The position numbers and the translations under genes were made by a program. DNA of 64,000 bases from Eubacteriales bacterium (GTDB lineage Bacteria; Bacillota; Clostridia; Oscillospirales; CAG-272). Under the pieces are notes generated by a model, which ran no database searches, had not been told where the DNA came from, and saw only the letters and a program-made list of their open reading frames with translations. The stretch spans positions 44,550-108,549 of the forward strand of contig JAZNER010000046.1 in assembly GCA_045588675.1 (NCBI GenBank), in the 5' to 3' direction. Of the stretch, positions 28,229-38,005 are shown one piece after another (positions within the stretch are counted from its first letter, which is position 1; each line of letters opens with the position of its first letter).

Positions 28229-29839
28229 TTATTTTGATATTTTTTTGAGTATATTTTCGTATGTTAAGCCATAGCGCTCGGCAATATCGCGGGCGTAGCT
28301 CTTTCCGTCGGGCTTTGCACGGAAAATTTTAAACGAGCGTTTTCCTTCCTCAATACCTGCAACAAGTGTGTCAATCTTTACGCCGCCCTGTGCTACAGCT
28401 TGCGCGTTAATTCTATCGATTTCAGAGGCAAGCTCATGCAGGTGTGTTGCGAACAGGCAACGGCAACCGACAATTGCAATTCCCGTGAGCACCTCTGATG
28501 CAATATACGAGCCCTCATATGAGCCAGTTGAAGAAAACGATTCGTCAAGCAAAACAAGACTATGGCTTGTAACGCTGTCAAAAATTTCTCCCAGTCGGGC
28601 ACATTCCTCACCCAAACGACCTTTATCTATTGTGTCGTCAGCTCCAGTGGGGAAGTGTGTATAAATGGCGTCGGCAGGGCTTATTCTGGCACTCTTGGCA
28701 GGAACATACATTCCAAGCTGCATCATAGCAAGTGCAAGACCAAGCGCACAGGTAATTACTGATTTACCGCCTCTGTTTGGGCCTGTAAGAACATAAATCA
28801 GAGCCTCGCTTTTATTGAAACAAACATCGTTTGCAACGATTTCCTCGCCGTCCTGAAGCTTCAGGGCAACTGCGGGGTTGTAAAGCTCATCTGCCTCAAA
28901 AACTCTTTCATCGGCGTTTGCAATTTCTGGAGCAGAAAGATAATAGCCTCGAGCTTTAAGCTTATTCAGCATATCGGTGCCCTTAACGACGAATTCAATT
29001 TCGGGCATAAGACCGAGCAGAAAATCGGTGTTTTCCAGAACATAAGTCTGCACAATCTTTTTCCAGGATTTAAGGGAAGAGCGATAGACCTCATTTATTG
29101 CCGAATTAAACGCGATAGACAAAGCAGTTTTTTGATTATCTGATTGCTTTTTTCCGAAGGGTACAAGATTTGCAATACAAGTGTATTCATCTTCCTTGAA
29201 ATTAAGCCTTAAAATTTTGTCAAGCGTATCTCCAGATTTGAAGGGCTCTGAATTAATCGACAAAACTCCCGAATAGGTTGGACGAAGCTGTGAATCAAGG
29301 TTAACGCCAATTGAAACGCTCTTAATTTCGCGGACTCTTTTTGTCAGCTCATTCAGCTTCTGGTTGAGCTCTGCATAATACTCGGATTGTGCAAGCTCTT
29401 TTATTCTTTCTTCAAGAACTATAAATGCTCGGCTTTTTATTTGAGATTTTGCTTCGGACAAGCCCTTGTAAAGAATTTCAATGCAGGAAATATAAAGCTC
29501 GATCTCGGTAATGCTTGATAAATAATCATCGGAGCCTGTGCTGTCGGCTTCAAGTCGGCGTAGCTCTGTTATATCAGTCAGAACAGGCATAAGCTTATTT
29601 AGCGTATCGGCAAGCACAGGACAGCTCATCATGTCCTCAAATACTTCTGTTCGGTATTTCATAACCTCTTGAGAGGTTGTAAAATAATCAGATAGCGAGG
29701 ATGCGCTCAAATCAAATATTTCAAGCATACCAAGCTGTTCAAGCGTGTACATATCGATATATGGGCGGTCTTTTCCCGCATAATAATCTTGTTTTGCTTT
29801 TTCATTAGGATAAATCAAGCTGAAATTTGTTAAATCCAT
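28229..29839 (-). CDS. MutS-related ATPase (MutS domain V only; no mismatch-binding or Smr domain)
   Basis: 536 aa. Walker A LTGPNRGGKS, Walker B LVLLDESFSSTGSYEG, and FATHLHEL. The N-terminal ~300 aa are helical with no recognisable MutS domain I. Confidence 0.75.
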   Translation of the reverse strand: MDLTNFSLIYPNEKAKQDYYAGKDRPYIDMYTLEQLGMLEIFDLSASSLSDYFTTSQEVMKYRTEVFEDMMSCPVLADTLNKLMPVLTDITELRRLEADSTGSDDYLSSITEIELYISCIEILYKGLSEAKSQIKSRAFIVLEERIKELAQSEYYAELNQKLNELTKRVREIKSVSIGVNLDSQLRPTYSGVLSINSEPFKSGDTLDKILRLNFKEDEYTCIANLVPFGKKQSDNQKTALSIAFNSAINEVYRSSLKSWKKIVQTYVLENTDFLLGLMPEIEFVVKGTDMLNKLKARGYYLSAPEIANADERVFEADELYNPAVALKLQDGEEIVANDVCFNKSEALIYVLTGPNRGGKSVITCALGLALAMMQLGMYVPAKSARISPADAIYTHFPTGADDTIDKGRLGEECARLGEIFDSVTSHSLVLLDESFSSTGSYEGSYIASEVLTGIAIVGCRCLFATHLHELASEIDRINAQAVAQGGVKIDTLVAGIEEGKRSFKIFRAKPDGKSYARDIAERYGLTYENILKKISK

Positions 29840-29862
29840 TGAAAATATCTCCTCTAAAACAG

Positions 29863-30684
29863 TTATATTTTAATTTGAACCTTTTTTCCGTTGCGTACAA
29901 CGCAAACTTCGTCAAAGCCGACATTTTTAATTAAGTTAAAGCCGTCTTGAATACAGTTGCCTAAGCCTTCAGGAGAGTGCGCATCGCTTCCAAGTGTGAT
30001 AAGCTTGCCTCCGCAATCCTTATATAGTGACAGTATGCTTTGGTCTGGCATTGCAAAGCCCAAACCCTTAGAAAGAGTTGAAACATTTACTTCAAGAGCG
30101 ATTTTTCGCTTTATTATCTTGTCAAAAAAGTCTGACAGCTTTTCAAAATGACGGGTAAAATCGTATTGTTTACCGCAAAGGGCAATATACCTTTGCATAT
30201 ATGTCAAGTGTCCTATCGTATCTATTTGCGGGACGGTATCAACAATATCTGAAAGCTCATCTATATATTGTTCAAACCAAATGCCGATTTGTCTGTCATC
30301 ATCAAGCCTTGAGAAATCTATGTAATAGAAATCGGGCTGATTTGTAAGATTGTGAAGTGAGGCTATTACAAATTCAAAGTTTTGGTCTTTCAGTAGCTTT
30401 TCTGCTTCTTTTGGGCATTGATTAGCTTGTCCTATTTCAATGCCATAGGTTAAATTGATTTTATCACCGTATTTTTCCCGAGCCTCACAAATTGCATTAT
30501 ATGCGGAATTGCGGTCATAGGGGGGATAGTCGTTTCCGTCTGTAAAATTGCACTCGAAGTGGTCGGTAATCGCTATATCACTGATACCTTTTTCAATGGC
30601 GGAACGGCAAAGTGAAGCGGGAGTCGATGATTTGTCGCCGTCAAAAGAAAAACAAGTATGCGTGTGATAATCACAAATAAACAT
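29863..30684 (-). CDS. PHP-family histidinol-phosphatase-like protein
   Basis: ATG at 30684 follows GGGAGGTG. MFICDYHTHTCFSFDG, AITDH, IGHL and GSDAH are PHP metal-ligand motifs. Confidence 0.75.
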   Translation of the reverse strand: MFICDYHTHTCFSFDGDKSSTPASLCRSAIEKGISDIAITDHFECNFTDGNDYPPYDRNSAYNAICEAREKYGDKINLTYGIEIGQANQCPKEAEKLLKDQNFEFVIASLHNLTNQPDFYYIDFSRLDDDRQIGIWFEQYIDELSDIVDTVPQIDTIGHLTYMQRYIALCGKQYDFTRHFEKLSDFFDKIIKRKIALEVNVSTLSKGLGFAMPDQSILSLYKDCGGKLITLGSDAHSPEGLGNCIQDGFNLIKNVGFDEVCVVRNGKKVQIKI

Positions 30685-30771
30685 AAATTCACCTCCCACA
30701 ATTACTACATATTATTTTATCACATTTTTTTAAATTTGTATATACATTTTTGAAAATATTTTAATATATAC

Positions 30772-30800
30772 TTGAAAAAAATACAAAAATATGTTAAAAT
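30772..30800 (+). promoter_or_regulatory. sigma-A-type promoter (extended -10) for uxaC
   Basis: TTGAAA (30772-30777), 17-nt spacer, TGtTAAAAT (-10 at 30795-30800). A 10-bp inverted repeat brackets the -10. Confidence 0.45.
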
Positions 30801-30854
30801 AATAAAAATAGAATTTTTGTATGAAAATTTTATTTGGAGGTTAATGTTTAAAAA

Positions 30855-32273
30855 ATGAAAAAATTTATGGATAAGGATTTTCTTCTTGAAACTCCTACGG
30901 CTATAAAGCTATATGAGGAAGGCGCAAGTCGCTTGCCTATTATTGACTATCATTGTCACCTTTCTCCCGCCGAGATTGCCGAAAACAAGAAGTTTTCCAA
31001 TATAACAGAGCTTTGGCTGTATGCCGACCACTATAAATGGCGTGCGATGCGCTCTTGCGGGGTAGATGAGAAATATATTACAGGTGACGGCTCTGATTTT
31101 GAAAAATTCAGAGAATACTGCCGTATTATGCCACTTTTGATTGGCAATCCGCTCTATCATTGGAGCCATCTTGAGCTTCGCAGATACTTTGACTGTGAGC
31201 TTGTAATCAATTCTCAAAACTGTGAGAGGATTTGGAAGCATACCGCAGAGAAGCTTGCCCGTGACAGCTTTGGAGCGCAGGATTACATCAGAAGCTCAAA
31301 TGTCGCTCTTCTTTGCACGACCGACGACCCGTCGGATGACCTTAAATATCACAGGCAAATAAAAGCTTCGGGATTTGAAACTCAGGTTTTGCCCGCCTTC
31401 CGTCCCGACAAGATATTGAATATAGAGCGAAAGGGAATTTGTGATTATGTCAACACTCTCGCGAAAAGCACGGGAGTTGAAATTACCGATTACGATAGCC
31501 TTTGCAAAGCATACGAGGTTTCCCTTGAACGCTTTGACGAGCTTGGCTGCAGAACGGCGGATATCGGTATGGATAATTATGTTTCCTTTGCCTTACCGGA
31601 CAAATATCACGCGAATGAAATCTTCAAAAAGGCACTTAAAAGTGACGGCGCAGAGATAAGCGAGAGCGAGCTTGCTTTATGGAAAACACAGATGATGAGG
31701 CATTTCGGACTTGAATTTGTCAAGCGTGATTGGGTTTTACAAATACACTACGGTGTGCTTCGTAATCCCAATAAGACTATGTTTTCAAAATTGGGCGCAG
31801 ACTCGGGCTATGACACAATTCACGCAAAGAACTGTATTGCCGATTTAGCAGCACTCCTTAACTATATGGAAGAGGAAAATGCTCTGCCAAGAACGATTTT
31901 ATATCCGATTAACCCGTCGGACAATGCCGCTATCGGCACTCTTTGCGGAAGCTTTTGCCGAGGAGATGGCACTAATATGCCCACAGTTGTTCAAGGCAGC
32001 GGTTGGTGGTTCAACGACAACATTGACGGTATGGAGGCGCAGCTCAGAAGCTTTGCAAATCTTGCAGCCTTAGGTAATTTTGTGGGTATGCTTACAGACT
32101 CAAGAAGCTTTATGTCTTATCCAAGACACGAATATTTCAGAAGAATATTCTGTAACATAATCGGAAATTGGATTGAAAACGGATTTTATCCCGACGATAT
32201 GGAAAATGCCCTTGAAATCGTAAAACGCATTTCCTATGATAATGCTAAAAATTATTTTAAATTCGAAATTTAA
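30855..32273 (+). CDS. uxaC: glucuronate isomerase
   Basis: 472 aa. N-terminal FMDKDFLLETPTAIKLYEE...LPIIDYHCHLSP is the typical UxaC start. Confidence 0.9.
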   Translation: MKKFMDKDFLLETPTAIKLYEEGASRLPIIDYHCHLSPAEIAENKKFSNITELWLYADHYKWRAMRSCGVDEKYITGDGSDFEKFREYCRIMPLLIGNPLYHWSHLELRRYFDCELVINSQNCERIWKHTAEKLARDSFGAQDYIRSSNVALLCTTDDPSDDLKYHRQIKASGFETQVLPAFRPDKILNIERKGICDYVNTLAKSTGVEITDYDSLCKAYEVSLERFDELGCRTADIGMDNYVSFALPDKYHANEIFKKALKSDGAEISESELALWKTQMMRHFGLEFVKRDWVLQIHYGVLRNPNKTMFSKLGADSGYDTIHAKNCIADLAALLNYMEEENALPRTILYPINPSDNAAIGTLCGSFCRGDGTNMPTVVQGSGWWFNDNIDGMEAQLRSFANLAALGNFVGMLTDSRSFMSYPRHEYFRRIFCNIIGNWIENGFYPDDMENALEIVKRISYDNAKNYFKFEI

Positions 32274-32296
32274 AAGCTATATTTATGGAGGTAAAT

Positions 32297-32509
32297 ATGT
32301 ATTATTTTGAAGAAAAAAAGAAAAAGGTAAGCCTTGTAAAGATTATTCTTACAGTTGTAGGTATCGCTGCCGCTATTGCAGCTGTAGCATCCGCAATTAT
32401 GTTCTGGAAAAAGAAAAAGTGTGAAGAGCATCAAATTGAGGACGAAATTGAAGCTGTTATCAATGAAGCATTCGCCGAGGAAGAAGTTTGCGAAGAGGAC
32501 GCAGAATAA
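32297..32509 (+). CDS. small single-pass membrane protein with an acidic tail
   Basis: The second ATG (32297) lies 5 nt after GGAGG. MYYFEEKKKKVSLVKIILTVVGIAAAIAAVASAIMFWKKKK is followed by an E/D-rich tail. Confidence 0.4.
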   Translation: MYYFEEKKKKVSLVKIILTVVGIAAAIAAVASAIMFWKKKKCEEHQIEDEIEAVINEAFAEEEVCEEDAE

Positions 32510-32517
32510 TACAAGCT

Positions 32518-33465
32518 ATGAAATTGACCTTTCTTGATGCCAATACTATTGGCAGAGATATTGACCTTTCCGCATTTAAGAGATTTGGTAAGCTTGTAGT
32601 TTACGGCTCAACGACAGATGATGAGTTTTTATCTCACGCAAATGATAGCGATGTTCTGATTGTCAATAAATTGAAATTAGGAAGACATAATCTGCCTGAT
32701 TGCAAAAGCTTAAAGCTTATTTGTGTTACGGCGACAGGTTTTGACAATATAGATACAGAGTACTGCCGTGAAGCGGGAATTGCCGTTTGCAATGTGATTG
32801 GATATTCTACTCAAAATGTTGCCCAACTAACGCTTGCTATGGCGCTTTCCTTGATTTCACATTTGGCCGAATTTAACCGCTCGGTTTCAGATGGCTCATA
32901 TTCAAGAGGGAAGTCTGCCAATATTCTGACACCTGTTTATCACGAAATTTACGGTAAAACCTGGGGAATTGTAGGATATGGGAATATAGGCCGTCAGGTA
33001 GGCAAGGTGGCGGAGGCACTTGGTTGTCGTGTTATTGTTAACAAAAGAGCTCCCGTAGCAGACGCGGAGTGTGTTGACCTTGAAACGCTTTGCCGTGAAG
33101 CAGATATAATCAGTATCCATACACCTCTGAATGATGAATCGCGCGGGCTTATCAGCCGTGAAATGATTGCTCTTATGAAGAAAGATGCAATTCTTATTAA
33201 TGTTGCGCGCGGTGCTGTTGCCGATGAAGCTGCTATTGCAGATGCTATACTTGAAAATAGGCTTGGCGGTGTTGGTATTGACGTCTATTCGAAGGAACCG
33301 TTCCCGACCGAGCACCCCTATACAAAAATTGCAGGACGCGATAATGTTATATTGACTCCTCATATGGCCTGGGGCTCTTATGAGGCGAGAGTGCGTTGCT
33401 GTGATGAAATCGTGCTTAATATTGAAGCTTTTTTGAAGGGCGATAGGCGTTGCCGAGTTGTTTAA
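32518..33465 (+). CDS. D-isomer-specific 2-hydroxyacid dehydrogenase (glycerate dehydrogenase/hydroxypyruvate reductase-like)
   Basis: ATG at 32518 (MKLTFLD). NAD motif GIVGYGNIGRQV. Catalytic-region motifs INVARG and TPHMAW. Confidence 0.8.
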   Translation: MKLTFLDANTIGRDIDLSAFKRFGKLVVYGSTTDDEFLSHANDSDVLIVNKLKLGRHNLPDCKSLKLICVTATGFDNIDTEYCREAGIAVCNVIGYSTQNVAQLTLAMALSLISHLAEFNRSVSDGSYSRGKSANILTPVYHEIYGKTWGIVGYGNIGRQVGKVAEALGCRVIVNKRAPVADAECVDLETLCREADIISIHTPLNDESRGLISREMIALMKKDAILINVARGAVADEAAIADAILENRLGGVGIDVYSKEPFPTEHPYTKIAGRDNVILTPHMAWGSYEARVRCCDEIVLNIEAFLKGDRRCRVV

Positions 33466-33480
33466 TAACGAATAATTATA

Positions 33481-33536
33481 AAATGAGATGCTATTTTCCC
33501 AAAAGGATGTCAGCATCTCATTTTTGTAGCGTGAAA
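33481..33536 (+). terminator. stem-loop terminator
   Basis: AAATGAGATGCT...AGCATCTCATTT followed by TTTG. The loop is large (~29 nt). Confidence 0.5.
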
Positions 33537-33560
33537 AGTAAAATAATTTTTGAAAATCGG

Positions 33561-33589
33561 TTTACAAAAGTGTAAAATTATGGTATAAT
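33561..33589 (+). promoter_or_regulatory. sigma-A-type promoter (extended -10)
   Basis: TTTACA (33561-33566), 17-nt spacer, TGgTATAAT (-10 at 33584-33589). Confidence 0.55.
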
Positions 33590-33620
33590 TTATATAGTTT
33601 TTGAAGGGAGGTAAGCTCTT

Positions 33621-34358
33621 TTGCGTCTTGATAAATTTATTGTTGATTGCGGTCTTGCTACAAGAACTGAAATTGCCAAAGCGGCGCGCGGCGGTGCGAT
33701 CTTGGTGAACGGCGTTCCATTCAGGCGCGCGGGAGGGCATATTGACCCTAATATTGATAAAGTGACATATTGCGGCAGAGAGGTTGTTTATCGTGCCGTA
33801 ACTTATGTTATGCTTAATAAGCCTGAGGGCTATGTCAGTGCAACCGACGACGACAAATCACCGACTGTTCTTTCGCTTTTGCCGGAAGAGCTGCAAAAAA
33901 TCGGTCTTTTTCCGTGCGGCAGACTTGACAAAAACACGGTAGGCTTAATGCTCTTAACAAATAACGGACCGCTGGCACATAAGCTGTTAGCACCGAAAAA
34001 TCACGTTGACAAGGTATATTACTTTATAGCAGACGATAACGTAACAGAGGATGACGTCAAAAGGCTTGAAGACGGGGTTGATATTGGTGGATATGTTACC
34101 GCACCCTGCAAGGTTGAAATGCTTAATTCGAAAGAAGGGTATATCACTCTGACCGAGGGTAAGTATCATCAAATCAAGCTAATGCTCAAAGCGGTTTGCA
34201 ACAAAGTGATTTTTCTTGAAAGGAAGAGCTTTGGTCCTGTTGCTCTTGATGAAGGCTTAGAGAGAGGCGAGTGGAGATTTCTTACCGATAGAGAGCAAAA
34301 GGCTCTTGAGGATCGTGCCAAAGCAATGAAGCCGCCAGCTGAAAGCGTTGAGATTTAA
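33621..34358 (+). CDS. rsuA: pseudouridine synthase, RsuA/RluB family (S4 domain + catalytic domain)
   Basis: TTG start. S4 domain MRLDKFIVDCGLATRTEIAKAARGGAILVNG. Catalytic Asp motif GRLDKNTVGLMLLTNNG. Confidence 0.8.
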   Translation: MRLDKFIVDCGLATRTEIAKAARGGAILVNGVPFRRAGGHIDPNIDKVTYCGREVVYRAVTYVMLNKPEGYVSATDDDKSPTVLSLLPEELQKIGLFPCGRLDKNTVGLMLLTNNGPLAHKLLAPKNHVDKVYYFIADDNVTEDDVKRLEDGVDIGGYVTAPCKVEMLNSKEGYITLTEGKYHQIKLMLKAVCNKVIFLERKSFGPVALDEGLERGEWRFLTDREQKALEDRAKAMKPPAESVEI

Positions 34359-34410
34359 GTAGCCAAAATATTGAAAAAGAAACATTTATATATTGTAAAA
34401 GAGGAGAAGT

Positions 34411-36564
34411 ATGGACATTATCAAAACACTTGCCGAGGAGTTTAAGCTTAAGGAGGAGCAGGTTTTCAAAACAGTTGAGCTTATTGACGGAGGAGATACA
34501 ATACCTTTTATTGCCCGTTACCGCAAGGAAGTTACGGGAAGCCTTGATGACGCCGTGTTGCGTGACCTTTTTGACCGCCTTGAATACCTCAGAAATATTG
34601 AAAAAAGAAAAGAAGAGGTCAAGGGGTTGATTGACGCTCAGGGCAAGCTTACACCGGAAATTGAATTGGCAATCTTGAACGCTAAGACAATTACCGAGGT
34701 TGACGACATTTACCGTCCGTTTCGTCCAAAGAGAAAAACCAGAGCGTCAGTTGCCCGTGAGCGCGGACTTGAGGATTTGGCAAAGCTTATTATGGAACAA
34801 AAAATGGAGTATGCTCCGTCAATTGAGGAAGCGGCAGAAGCTTTTGTCAGTGAGGAAAAGGAAGTTCCCGACGTATCCTCAGCAATTGCCGGTGCATCGG
34901 ATATTATTGCAGAGGATATCTCAGATAATGCTGAATACCGCAAGGCATTGCGCAGTCTGACATTTGATTATGGTGTTTTAAATGTAACTAAGGCAAAGGA
35001 TGAGGATTCTGTTTACGCACAGTACTATGAGTATAGCGAACCGCTGAAGAAAATTCCCGGTCACCGCATACTTGCTATAAACCGAGGAGAGAAAGAAGAA
35101 TATTTAAAGGTTTCAGTTGATATCTCGTCAGACATTGTTCTCAACTATTTGCATAACTGTGTAATATCAGAGCCCGCAAGTCCTGCATACAAATATGTAA
35201 CCTTGGCGGTTGTTGACGGATATGAGCGTTTGATAGCGCCGTCAATTGAGCGTGAAATACGAAATGATATGTTTGATCACGCGTGTGAGGGAGCAATAAA
35301 GGTCTTTGCCGACAACCTTAGTCACTTGCTTATGCAAGCTCCACTGAAAAGCAAGACCGTGCTTGGCTTTGACCCTGGGTATGTTAACGGATGCAAGCTT
35401 GCCGTAGTTGATAAAATTGGTAAGGTGCTTGACACGGCGGTAATTTATCCAACCAAGCCAAGACAAAGACTTGAAGAGGCAACAAGAGTTGTCAAGGGAC
35501 TTATCAAAAAGCATTCGGTTGATGTTGTAGCAATTGGAAACGGAACGGCGTCTAAGGAAAGCGAGATTTTTATTTCGGATTTGCTCAAGGAAATTCCTGA
35601 GGCTAATTGCAAATATATAATTGTAAATGAGGCGGGAGCTTCAATTTATTCGGCTTCCAAGCTTGCAACTGAAGAATTCCCTGAGTTTGATGTTATGCAG
35701 CGTTCTGCCGTTTCAATAGCTCGCAGACTGCAAGACCCTCTTGCCGAGCTTGTAAAAATCGACCCCAAGTCAATCGGTGTAGGTCAGTATCAGCACGACA
35801 TGAAGCCTGCACGACTTGATACAGCGCTTACGGGAGTTGTTGAGGATTGTGTTAACTCTGTCGGAGTTGATGTCAATACCGCATCGTATTCATTGCTTTC
35901 TTACATTTCGGGTATCAATATTACAAGCGCTAAAAATATTGTAAAATACCGCGAGGAAAACGGAGAATTTACATCTCGCGCACAAATTAAAAAGGTTCCG
36001 AGAATTGGCGATAAAGCTTTTGAGCAGTGCGCGGGCTTTTTAAGAGTGCCCGACTCTAAGGAAATTCTTGACAATACAGGCGTTCACCCTGAGTCATATG
36101 AAGCGACAAAGGCACTTTTGAAGCTTTTCGGTTACACCACTGAGGATGTAAGACAGGGAAATATCAAGCGCTTAAGAGATGAAATAAACAAAAAGGGAAT
36201 TGTTAATGTCTGTGCAGAAATAGGTGTTGGCGAGCCAACGCTTGTTGATATAATCGGAGAGCTTGAAAAGCCCGGACGAGATGTGCGCGACACATTGCCG
36301 CCGCCTATCCTTCGCGACGATGTGCTTAGCCTTGAAGATTTGAAGCCCGATATGATATTGACGGGAACTGTCAGAAATGTAATTGATTTTGGTGCATTTG
36401 TCGATATTGGAGTTCATCAGGACGGTCTTGTACACATCTCGCAGATTTGCGAAAAATATATCAAGCATCCGTCAGAGGTTTTGTCGGTGGGCAATATCGT
36501 TAAAGTAAAGATCTTGTCGGTTGATGTGAAGAAAAAGAGAATTTCGCTCTCAATGAAGCTTTAA
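34411..36564 (+). CDS. tex: Tex-like transcription accessory protein (S1 RNA-binding domain)
   Basis: 717 aa. N-terminal TIPFIARYRKEVTG, a YqgF-like region, HhH motifs, and a C-terminal S1 domain (GTVRNVIDFGAFVDIGVHQDGLVHISQ). Confidence 0.9.
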   Translation: MDIIKTLAEEFKLKEEQVFKTVELIDGGDTIPFIARYRKEVTGSLDDAVLRDLFDRLEYLRNIEKRKEEVKGLIDAQGKLTPEIELAILNAKTITEVDDIYRPFRPKRKTRASVARERGLEDLAKLIMEQKMEYAPSIEEAAEAFVSEEKEVPDVSSAIAGASDIIAEDISDNAEYRKALRSLTFDYGVLNVTKAKDEDSVYAQYYEYSEPLKKIPGHRILAINRGEKEEYLKVSVDISSDIVLNYLHNCVISEPASPAYKYVTLAVVDGYERLIAPSIEREIRNDMFDHACEGAIKVFADNLSHLLMQAPLKSKTVLGFDPGYVNGCKLAVVDKIGKVLDTAVIYPTKPRQRLEEATRVVKGLIKKHSVDVVAIGNGTASKESEIFISDLLKEIPEANCKYIIVNEAGASIYSASKLATEEFPEFDVMQRSAVSIARRLQDPLAELVKIDPKSIGVGQYQHDMKPARLDTALTGVVEDCVNSVGVDVNTASYSLLSYISGINITSAKNIVKYREENGEFTSRAQIKKVPRIGDKAFEQCAGFLRVPDSKEILDNTGVHPESYEATKALLKLFGYTTEDVRQGNIKRLRDEINKKGIVNVCAEIGVGEPTLVDIIGELEKPGRDVRDTLPPPILRDDVLSLEDLKPDMILTGTVRNVIDFGAFVDIGVHQDGLVHISQICEKYIKHPSEVLSVGNIVKVKILSVDVKKKRISLSMKL

Positions 36565-36752
36565 TATATTAAAATTATTGCTTTGTGAGAACATATATTG
36601 TTCACAAACAATTATTGACAATTGTGTATGTTGCACAATTTTTAAATGCTAATTTTGGGCAATAATGCTATTTAAAAAAATGGCATTATTTGATAAAATT
36701 ATAATATTAAAGAATGCGGTTTTGCGCATGCAAATTCAGGAGGAATAAAAAC

Positions 36753-37865
36753 ATGGCAAGTTTGTCGTTAAGACATATTTATAAGAAGTATCCGGGCGGT
36801 GTTACAGCTGTATCGGATTTTAACCTTGAAATCAAGGACAAGGAATTTATCGTTCTCGTAGGACCTTCCGGTTGCGGTAAGTCCACAACACTCCGTATGA
36901 TCGCGGGACTTGAGGAAATTTCTGAGGGTGAGCTTTTCATTGGTGACCAGCTCGTAAATGACGTAGCTCCTAAGGATAGAAAAATTGCGATGGTGTTCCA
37001 GAACTACGCGCTTTATCCTCATATGACTGTTTCTGAAAATATGGCTTTTGGTCTTAAGCTTAATAAGACACCAAAGGAAGAGATTAAGAGAAGAGTTGAA
37101 GAGGCTGCGAGAATTCTTGACATCACACACCTTCTTGACAGAAAGCCTAAGGCTCTGTCCGGTGGTCAGAAGCAGCGTGTTGCGCTCGGTCGTGCTATTG
37201 TTCGTAATCCTAAGGTATTCCTTCTTGACGAGCCGCTTTCAAACCTCGACGCTAAGCTCCGTGCAACTATGAGAACTGAGCTTACAAAGCTTCACCAGAG
37301 AGTTCAGACAACATTCGTTTACGTAACTCACGACCAGGTAGAGGCTATGACAATGGCTACAAGAATCGTAGTTATGAAGGACGGTCTTATTCAGCAGGTT
37401 GATACTCCTCAGCATCTTTACGACAGTCCTGTTAATATGTTCGTTGCAGGATTTATCGGTACACCTCAGATGAACTTCATCAACGGTAACCTTACTAAGA
37501 AGGGCGAGGATGTTTATTTTGAGTTTGAGGGCAACTCTATTAAGGTTCCCGCAGATAAGGCTCAGGCTCCCGAGCTTCAGGAATATATCGGTCAGGAAGT
37601 CGTTGTTGGTATTCGTCCCGAATGTATTCACGACCAGCCCGCTCAGATTTCTGCGCTTGAAGATAGCACAGTTGATTCATATGTTGAAGTTACAGAGCTT
37701 ATGGGTGCTGAAATTTACTTGTACCTCGTTATTGGCGAATCAAAGCTTACCGCTCGTGTTTCTGCTCGTTCTACATCTCGTGCAGGTGACACAATCAAGG
37801 TTGCATTTGATACAGCAAGAATGCATATTTTCGATAAAGATACAGAAAGATGTATCGTTCACTAA
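36753..37865 (+). CDS. msmX: sugar ABC transporter ATP-binding protein, MsmX/MalK/UgpC type (orphan ATPase)
   Basis: ATG at 36753 follows AGGAGG. Walker A GPSGCGKST, signature LSGGQKQRVALGRA, Walker B FLLDEPLSNLD, and a MalK-like C-terminal regulatory domain. No permease or binding-protein gene is adjacent. Confidence 0.85.
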   Translation: MASLSLRHIYKKYPGGVTAVSDFNLEIKDKEFIVLVGPSGCGKSTTLRMIAGLEEISEGELFIGDQLVNDVAPKDRKIAMVFQNYALYPHMTVSENMAFGLKLNKTPKEEIKRRVEEAARILDITHLLDRKPKALSGGQKQRVALGRAIVRNPKVFLLDEPLSNLDAKLRATMRTELTKLHQRVQTTFVYVTHDQVEAMTMATRIVVMKDGLIQQVDTPQHLYDSPVNMFVAGFIGTPQMNFINGNLTKKGEDVYFEFEGNSIKVPADKAQAPELQEYIGQEVVVGIRPECIHDQPAQISALEDSTVDSYVEVTELMGAEIYLYLVIGESKLTARVSARSTSRAGDTIKVAFDTARMHIFDKDTERCIVH

Positions 37866-37876
37866 TTTAATAATTC

Positions 37877-37905
37877 AAAAGGGCTCTGAAACAGAGCCCT
37901 TTTTT
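37877..37905 (+). terminator. rho-independent terminator
   Basis: AAAAGGGCTCTG-aaa-CAGAGCCCTTTTTT. Confidence 0.85.
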
Positions 37906-38005
37906 ATGAAAAATTCAAAATACTATTGCATTTTATTCTGTTTGGTGTTATAATTAGTGATAGTAAATTTAATTTACCCACAAATCTATTGTTTACGGAG
38001 TAAAT

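Noticed and set aside
28229-30684. The MutS-like ATPase plus PHP protein as a phage-defence or mobile module
   Set aside because: There are no flanking integrase or transposase genes, no repeats or compositional break visible by eye, no nuclease or sensor domains typical of defence systems, and the neighbours are housekeeping genes. It is kept only as a low-key finding.
32902-33516. A 204-aa minus-strand ORF opposite the 2-hydroxyacid dehydrogenase gene, and similar long antisense ORFs at 43188-43778, 40434-41036, 48564-49043, 14883-15443, 4979-5485 and 21308-21718
   Set aside because: Each is fully nested antisense to a gene with unmistakable conserved motifs. The translations are Cys/Phe/Asn/Ile-rich with no recognisable motif, as expected when the antisense frame happens to lack stop codons.
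36565-36752. Several short inverted repeats between tex and msmX (for example CAATTGTG-n7-CACAATT overlapping a TTGACA, and AATAATGC-n14-GCATTATT)
   Set aside because: The stems are short (7-8 bp) in AT-rich sequence. None matches the cre consensus, and none forms a convincing terminator with a U-tract. The evidence is too weak to call an operator or riboswitch without comparative data.
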